IMG/VR virus record: IMGVR_UViG_3300044846_005100 | Location: 76,224 to 140,223 of that record | DNA from: a virus | DNA length: 64,000 nucleotides | Direction: 5' to 3' (one strand) | Part shown: one piece after another, positions 57,465 to 64,000 of the stretch | Numbering within the stretch: the stretch's first letter is position 1 | Layout: each line of letters opens with the position of its first letter | Notes under the pieces: model-generated | The model's database searches: none | Told to the model about the DNA's origin: nothing | The model's input: only the letters and a program-made list of their open reading frames with translations | Program-made: the position numbers and the translations under genes

Positions 57465-58889
57465 ATGGCTAAGAAAAATGCTTATTTAGGAAATTATGGA
57501 AACAATACTTCAGGTATTGGGGACCAGGATTTATATAATCCTGCTTGGGCTAATATAGATTTTGCAGATTTCCAAGGATTGAATATGGGTCTTGTAAATC
57601 AAAATGCTCAATTTGCACAAGAAGTAGCGAATGATAGGCTAAAAGAAGTTTTGAAGCAAAGAGAGGCTATTTTAGATAAAGTAAAATTGCATAAAAGATT
57701 TAGTGACTTACAAGGTCAATTAGATAATAAATTAGGGTCTATTATAGATAATATGGGCAATGTTCAATTATCTGATGCCGCAAATTATACCTCACTAAAT
57801 ACTAATTTGATAAAAGCTAAAAATGATCCTATTTTACAATCTGCTGTAAAAGTATCAGAAGAGGCTATGGCTTATGAAAAATATAAATCAGAACACCCTG
57901 AAATTGCAGATCAAGCTTGGAATAATGGAGGATTAGATAGTAATAATGAAATTAATTTTCAAAGATTTTTGAGAGGAGAAACAAATGATTTTCAGTTTAA
58001 TCCAGTATATAAAGAATACGATTTACAGGCTAAAGCAGATGCTTTTGCTAAAGATCTTCCTGCTGAAGAGAGAAATTCTATAGAAAAATATGGAGTTTAT
58101 GGTTTGCAGGAAAAAGCAGTGGAAGACAAATCAGTTGCAAGAGTTCAACAAGCTTTTGAAGGATTTAAACAAGGGTTGATGCAAGATTCTGAGTTTATGT
58201 CTTGGTACAATAGAAGAGGTAAATTTGAGCAAAATAGAGGAGGAAGTATTGATGATGTAATAAATAATATGTTTAAATCTTCTGCCGCTAGATATGGTAC
58301 AACTACTCCAAATGTAAAAGTAGGAATGCCTCAAACAAGAGTAGATTTTTCAGCAGGCATTCAAGCGGATGAAAATGCTAGAGCTTGGGGTAGGTATAAT
58401 GCTGAATTAGCCGCAGGTACTTTAGGGGGAGGAAAAGGAACTGCAGATAATACCCAAGTATCTTCGGTAAATTATGGAAATAAAAGTATATCTCTTGGTA
58501 AGGATAAGATGGAGGAAAAAGAAAAAAGATTTGCTATTGAAGAGTACCTAGATAAAGCAGTAATTATTACTAAGGATAAGGACGGAAAAAAAGTCATTAA
58601 TAAACCAAAAGTAGAGGGTTTACAAGAGCTTTCTTCAAAAGATAAAGTAAATAAACTTGCCCCTGTAGAGTATTCTAAAGCATATAAACCTACAGGAAAC
58701 TTTAAGGATAACGGAGATGGTACTGTATCTATTGAGTTAACGGATAAAATTACTGAAAAGAAAACTGGATATGTTAAAGTACAAAAAAACAATTTTGAAC
58801 AATCAATAACAGGTAATAGGGGTAATGTTTCTAATACCTCAAATCTAGGTGATGAAGAATTGATTAACACTTATGTTAATAAAAAATAA
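57465..58889 (+). CDS. cargo/ejection protein
   Basis: 474 aa, helical; position in the cargo block. Confidence 0.65.
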   Translation: MAKKNAYLGNYGNNTSGIGDQDLYNPAWANIDFADFQGLNMGLVNQNAQFAQEVANDRLKEVLKQREAILDKVKLHKRFSDLQGQLDNKLGSIIDNMGNVQLSDAANYTSLNTNLIKAKNDPILQSAVKVSEEAMAYEKYKSEHPEIADQAWNNGGLDSNNEINFQRFLRGETNDFQFNPVYKEYDLQAKADAFAKDLPAEERNSIEKYGVYGLQEKAVEDKSVARVQQAFEGFKQGLMQDSEFMSWYNRRGKFEQNRGGSIDDVINNMFKSSAARYGTTTPNVKVGMPQTRVDFSAGIQADENARAWGRYNAELAAGTLGGGKGTADNTQVSSVNYGNKSISLGKDKMEEKEKRFAIEEYLDKAVIITKDKDGKKVINKPKVEGLQELSSKDKVNKLAPVEYSKAYKPTGNFKDNGDGTVSIELTDKITEKKTGYVKVQKNNFEQSITGNRGNVSNTSNLGDEELINTYVNKK

Positions 58890-58903
58890 TTTAAAATATT
58901 TAT

Positions 58904-61900
58904 ATGTCTTATAACGAAGAAGAATTAATTATAGGGTTAAGAAAAGCCCACGCAGCAGGTGATACTAGAGCAGCGACTTTAATTGCTAATAAAATAGCAG
59001 AATTGAGAAGATCTAAATCTAATAATAATTCGCCTACACAAAACCCACAAGAACAATCTCCTATACAACAAACACCAAAACAACAAACTCCTGTACAGCA
59101 AAACAAAGTTGCTACAGTAAAAAATCAACCTACTCAAAAAGAGGAGCCAAGTATTTGGGAAAAAACAAAAAGTTTTTTAGGGTTTGGAGATGAAGAAGAA
59201 ACTCAATCTACTAAAAAACCTTTGATTGGCCAAGAATTTGTAGAAAAACTTCCAGAAAAGGATTATCAGGCTCCTAAGCAAACCGTTACCATGATAGATA
59301 ACGAGTATGCAAAGAAAATGAAAGCAGTAGAGGATAAATATAATAAGTTACAGGAAGATCCTAGTAATTTTTCTCAATATGTACCAAGTATGTTTTCTAT
59401 TTTTGGGGCTGACCCAGTAGCAAAAACATATAAAGTAGATTATACTGCACAAAAAGAACAAGAAATTCTTAATTTAAATGCAGAAAAACTTAACAAACAA
59501 GGTAAAAATATTACTCCTATAGAGCAAAAGTATTATGGTTCTAAATATGAAGAATCAAAAAAAGCTTCTCAAACTAAAATTGAAACTTTAGCCAAAGAAA
59601 AAAAGAGTTATAAGGCAGAATTAGAAAAAGTTCAGAGTTCTCCTATGGGATTTGATTTATTTGGTACTATAAAAGCAATAAAGAATACTTGGGATCATAA
59701 TACACAAGTAGATGCTCAAATTGCCGAGTCAGAAAGACAAGTACGTCAAACAGATAAATTATTAAAGCTTAATAAATCAGGTGTAGCTCCTTTTAAAGGA
59801 GTAGATCCTCAAAATGAGGCAGAATTAATGAAAGCAGCCGCATTAATTGATCCTACAATAGCAAGTGACCTTGAAGAAGCTAAAAAATCTTTTGGGGAAG
59901 TAACAACAAAACTATACCCTACAGCAATAAAACAAACTAAACAAAAAGAAGATACAGGGTTTTTATCTTTCTTACCTGACTTTAGTGCAATTAACCCTAC
60001 TGTAGCTTTAATGGAGGGATTTATAAATTACACCAAAGTTGGTAAATTTAAAAATCTTACTTATGAGCAATACCAAAGACAAGCTTTGGAAAAAACTTAT
60101 AATACTTACCAAAATGTACAAAACATTGAATTAAACCCATATTATGATGATATTCAATCTTCTATGGGTGTACCAAAGACAAAAGTAAATGAAAAAATTG
60201 ATGAGTTTTTGAATTTACCAAATGGTTTTAATATAAATGAATTACCTTTAGAGGATCAAAAATTATTTGGTAATCCAAGTTTTCAATCATTAGCAAATGT
60301 ATATGTAAATAGAACTATTCCTACTATAGCTGAAGATAAGAAACAAGTTATCTCTATGGCTAATATGAATAAATTTCTTGAAGAGAAAAGAAAAGCTTTT
60401 GGTAATCTAAATAAAGTTGAAAATATAGGAAGAGAAGAAGCAGTAGCTTCAGCTATTCTTGATAAAAATTTAGAAGAACAAGGTACCCTTAGTAAAGCAG
60501 GTTATGATAATTTACTTTATAATAGTACTAAATTTTTAACCCGATCAGGAGATTTTGCAGTAAATCAAACAGCTTCTGCCGCTCAGATAGCTACACAAAT
60601 TGTTTCATTAGATAAATATACTCCAAAATGGACTGAAAATATACTTGATAATACAGATTTATTTGATAATCTTACTCAAGAAGATAGCCATTTTAAATTA
60701 GATTTTTTTAAAGATGATAAATATTATATTGGAGAAACTCCTTCAGGTATAAAATACCAAGCTAAGTTGGATGCCAATATGGATATTGAGAATGCTTTCG
60801 GAGGAGGATTTGAATATACTATTAATAACCCTGAAGTAATGAAAGAAATCGCTCAAGATTTTTATTCTAATAAAGAAAAATATGTAGCTGAATCAAAGAC
60901 TTTATCAGATATTGAAGGAGGTACATCTGTTTTTATAGAAAACTTATGGAATAGTGTTCAAAAAGAAATTGCTCAAGAAATACCTTCAATGATTATTGAA
61001 GGAGGAGCAGGAAGCATTGCAGGGTCAGTTATTAGAAGAAGGTTGGCTTCAGGAGCTATTTCTAGTGCAGATAAAGCTCAAAAAATAGCTAGAGGAGCAG
61101 ATTTTTTAATTAATACTGCAAGTGCCATGACAGAAATGTACCCTTCCATTTATAAAAAATATAAGGAAGCTGCAGAGGATAAAGACAATCACATGCCTGC
61201 GTTATTGGCTTCAGGAGCGTTAGCAATGGGTACTTATATGACTTCTTTCTTACAGTCAAAAGCTATTGGATTAAATGGAGACTTTAGTACTCAAAGAATC
61301 CTACCAGAAGCTATGGATGCTACTTTAGAGACAGCAAGAATTCTTAGAAGAGAATTGGCCAACGTAGCAGATTTATCATTAAGAGAAAAACTCTTCAATG
61401 CAAATCTAAGAAAAGCTATGTATCAAAACGTAATGAAAGTTGCAGGACAGTCCATGAAAGATGCTACTAGATCAGCATTGGAAGAAGGTGTAGAGGAGAC
61501 TGTTTTAGAACCCCTTATTAATGTGGGAGTAAACTTTTTGAACGAAAAAATTACAGGAGATAAAGCTTACAATCAAGAAAGTTTAGCGGATTTAGGATTT
61601 TTGGACCCTAACACTTTCGCAGTATCTGCATTGACTGGAAGTAGTTTATCTACAGGAATGGATTTGATGAAAGCTATGACTTCAAAAAATCCATATTCAA
61701 GGGAAGACTATTTAAAAGCGGCCTTTGATAATGAAGCTACTTTTACTTCTTATGTTGATGTAATGACAGAAAGTAGTAGTAATAAATTTTCTAAGGAAGA
61801 TCAGGTTAAAATGATGTCGGATTATAAAGCATTAAAAGATGCTTATAATGCTAAAAAAACTGAACTTGGAGTAAATGAAGATGCTCTTGCTACATTAAAC

Positions 61901-64000
61901 TTTAAAAATCCTGTCATTAAAAGTATGATGGGTAATATAGGTTTAAATGAAGAGGATTTAGAAAAAGTAAATAGTGAAAAAACTTTTGATAATGCTATTA
62001 TCAGACAATCTCTTAACGAAAGAGATTTGGCTGAGAAAAAAATTGCATTAGATGAAGAAGTAGATAAAGGAAATTTAATTCTTACTGCAGAAGGAAATTA
62101 TAAAACAGTAGGATCCAATCCTTTGACAAAAGAACTCGAAACCAAAATTTCTGACTTTGAAAAATTACAATTAAGTAACAATAATTTGTCTACTTTTATA
62201 GACACTTTTAATAAAAGTACTAAAAATGTACAAAAAGAATATGTATCAGAATTAAACGAAGTTACTTCTGTGGCTCCTGATATTTTAGATGTTAAAAACA
62301 GTTCAGAAGGTAGTTTTGCTTACAAAGCTTTGAGTACATCTATTATGGATAAACAAATGGCTGTAGCTCAATTGGCAGAAGTAAATAATAAAATAAATGA
62401 TGCCAAATTAGATGGACAAGATACTAAAGAATTAGAGGCCACTAAAAAACAATTAGAAACTACTGTAAAAAATAGTGACAAAGTAATTAAAAAAATTAAA
62501 AAACAATACAAAGCAGGTAGAACAGAGACTCAGCTAGAAACAGAATCTAAATTGAGAGATGTAAATACTGCTCAAGCTGTTTTAAGTGAAAAATTGCGTA
62601 CCTTAGCTCAAGTAGAAGCTTCTGGAGAAGAAGTAGATGAATCAGAAGTGGAGGAAGTTTTTACAGAATATGAGAATGCTGTAAAAGATCTAAACAAAGC
62701 CAATAATAAACTTAAAAAAGAATACGGAGTTAATTTGGTTAATAAAGAATTTAAACCTATGACTAGGCAAAAATTCACTGAATTAAAAGAAAAAATTAAA
62801 GAAAAAAATGTTGTATCTGAGAAAGTAGCTGGTGGGAAAGCTTCTTTAGGAGAATTGGAAAGTTTGTTAAGCCTCGAATATGAAACAGGTTCTAAAGAAT
62901 TTACAGGAAGAACAGATATAACTACCCCTAAAACAAAGGAAGATATTGATGCTATTTTAGCCAACAATGAACAACTTTATGAAGTTGCAAAAAGACTTGG
63001 TTTAGACAATAAAAAAACTTTAGCTCAAACTAAAAAAGCTGTTAAAGCTTACCTTACAAAACAATTATCTTCTCAAGATGAAACTAAATTGGAAAGCATT
63101 TCTGCAATATTTTCACCAAAAAGAGTAGTGCAAAAAAATGGGAATACATTATTTGAGGTGAATGGAGAATTGTTCTTGCCTGTAGGAAGTACAATGTCTA
63201 CAGCTACAATGAGTCAAGAAGATAAAAATACTGTATTAACAAATGCTGTTATTACTGAAATAGCTAAACAAATATTTAATAATGCTTTAGTTTATACTCC
63301 TTATAATATTAGACAGCTTGTAAACAAAGTTATAACTGATTCAGGATTTGATACTGAAATTTCTATTAATGAAAATACTTTGGCTATTATTATTGCTACG
63401 ATTTCACAGTTAAAATCTGACTTAGATGCTAAAGGATTTGCTTATAAGTTAAATGACGAAGTGGTTACAAGTTTATTATCTTTGTCTTTTGATAGAGGGT
63501 ATGAAGGAATGGCTACCCCTCCTATATTAACTGTAGTGGATGATGGAGGAAATATACATTTAATTGATTTTCGATCATACTCTAATAACTATGTTGCAGA
63601 CACTAATACATGGTCTAAAGAGCTTACAGAAATGCAAGGAATTTTTGCAGATAATGGCATACCAGTATCTTCAATTAATGTATTACCGATACGAGTAAAT
63701 AACTCTTATAGCACGGAAAACGGCTTAACTACCTTAAATATAAACAAACAATCTTTTAATGTTATAGCTAACAATGATAATCCTATTAGTAAAACTCTTT
63801 TACAATTGGCAAATGACCAACCTACTTTAGAAGTTTTACAAGAAGAAGGTCTTTTAACAGAGGAAGAAGTAGAGGATTTTGCTATTATTCCTATGGAAGA
63901 AGGAGTTACTGAAGATGAAACTGTGGAGAAAGAGTTGGCATTTACAGAACAAGAGTATGAAGAAATGGTTTCAAATGAGTTTGAAAATGTTAGTGATACT
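58904..64000 (+). CDS. giant cargo/polyvalent protein, 3'-partial (>1690 aa; not in ORF track)
   Basis: ATG 58904 MSYNEEELIIGLRKAHAAGDTRAATLIANKI; frame appears open to the window end; EEGVEE motif near 61480; degenerate PD-(D/E)xK-like domain near 63500. Confidence 0.8.
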   Translation, partial: MSYNEEELIIGLRKAHAAGDTRAATLIANKIAELRRSKSNNNSPTQNPQEQSPIQQTPKQQTPVQQNKVATVKNQPTQKEEPSIWEKTKSFLGFGDEEETQSTKKPLIGQEFVEKLPEKDYQAPKQTVTMIDNEYAKKMKAVEDKYNKLQEDPSNFSQYVPSMFSIFGADPVAKTYKVDYTAQKEQEILNLNAEKLNKQGKNITPIEQKYYGSKYEESKKASQTKIETLAKEKKSYKAELEKVQSSPMGFDLFGTIKAIKNTWDHNTQVDAQIAESERQVRQTDKLLKLNKSGVAPFKGVDPQNEAELMKAAALIDPTIASDLEEAKKSFGEVTTKLYPTAIKQTKQKEDTGFLSFLPDFSAINPTVALMEGFINYTKVGKFKNLTYEQYQRQALEKTYNTYQNVQNIELNPYYDDIQSSMGVPKTKVNEKIDEFLNLPNGFNINELPLEDQKLFGNPSFQSLANVYVNRTIPTIAEDKKQVISMANMNKFLEEKRKAFGNLNKVENIGREEAVASAILDKNLEEQGTLSKAGYDNLLYNSTKFLTRSGDFAVNQTASAAQIATQIVSLDKYTPKWTENILDNTDLFDNLTQEDSHFKLDFFKDDKYYIGETPSGIKYQAKLDANMDIENAFGGGFEYTINNPEVMKEIAQDFYSNKEKYVAESKTLSDIEGGTSVFIENLWNSVQKEIAQEIPSMIIEGGAGSIAGSVIRRRLASGAISSADKAQKIARGADFLINTASAMTEMYPSIYKKYKEAAEDKDNHMPALLASGALAMGTYMTSFLQSKAIGLNGDFSTQRILPEAMDATLETARILRRELANVADLSLREKLFNANLRKAMYQNVMKVAGQSMKDATRSALEEGVEETVLEPLINVGVNFLNEKITGDKAYNQESLADLGFLDPNTFAVSALTGSSLSTGMDLMKAMTSKNPYSREDYLKAAFDNEATFTSYVDVMTESSSNKFSKEDQVKMMSDYKALKDAYNAKKTELGVNEDALATLNFKNPVIKSMMGNIGLNEEDLEKVNSEKTFDNAIIRQSLNERDLAEKKIALDEEVDKGNLILTAEGNYKTVGSNPLTKELETKISDFEKLQLSNNNLSTFIDTFNKSTKNVQKEYVSELNEVTSVAPDILDVKNSSEGSFAYKALSTSIMDKQMAVAQLAEVNNKINDAKLDGQDTKELEATKKQLETTVKNSDKVIKKIKKQYKAGRTETQLETESKLRDVNTAQAVLSEKLRTLAQVEASGEEVDESEVEEVFTEYENAVKDLNKANNKLKKEYGVNLVNKEFKPMTRQKFTELKEKIKEKNVVSEKVAGGKASLGELESLLSLEYETGSKEFTGRTDITTPKTKEDIDAILANNEQLYEVAKRLGLDNKKTLAQTKKAVKAYLTKQLSSQDETKLESISAIFSPKRVVQKNGNTLFEVNGELFLPVGSTMSTATMSQEDKNTVLTNAVITEIAKQIFNNALVYTPYNIRQLVNKVITDSGFDTEISINENTLAIIIATISQLKSDLDAKGFAYKLNDEVVTSLLSLSFDRGYEGMATPPILTVVDDGGNIHLIDFRSYSNNYVADTNTWSKELTEMQGIFADNGIPVSSINVLPIRVNNSYSTENGLTTLNINKQSFNVIANNDNPISKTLLQLANDQPTLEVLQEEGLLTEEEVEDFAIIPMEEGVTEDETVEKELAFTEQEYEEMVSNEFENVSDT

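Noticed and set aside
1891-62967. Antisense shadow ORFs (plus strand in 1-9 kb, minus strand beyond 10 kb)
   Set aside because: They overlap clear genes on the opposite strand and show Ser/Phe/Leu-rich mirror composition

Overview
Part of a large, AT-rich, standard-code (code 11) Crassvirales-like podophage genome. The TAnnTTTG promoters and A-rich, SD-less translation starts point to a Bacteroidota (probably Flavobacteriia) host. Positions 1-9050 are a leftward block of small early genes, including a SAM-lyase-like anti-restriction gene, driven by five copies of an unusual promoter cassette; by manual scan this arm lacks GATC and GGCC sites. Positions 9060-10290 are a GC-rich, repeat-rich non-coding switch point (probable terminus/origin). 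Positions 10293-64000 run rightward: NUMOD1, RepL, tRNA-Cys, HU/IHF, GroES-like, DUF1573, ClpP-like and SET-like genes; TerL, portal, scaffold, MCP, tRNA-Met and conserved crAss structural genes; a modular Cys-rich fibre block with PhoH; a lysis cassette; a non-coding RNA locus; a phosphoesterase and a GIY-YIG endonuclease; ring/IHF/muzzle genes; and large cargo proteins, the last running off the window. The best novelty candidates are (i) a terminator-linked antisense seed at about 29.2 kb complementary to the translation-start regions of five morphogenesis-region genes, (ii) two separately promoted non-coding RNAs at about 42 kb, (iii) cargo proteins built of domains separated by repeated [YFM]xxGG motifs, and (iv) the early-arm anti-restriction design. 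All family calls come from motif recognition by eye, not database searches.
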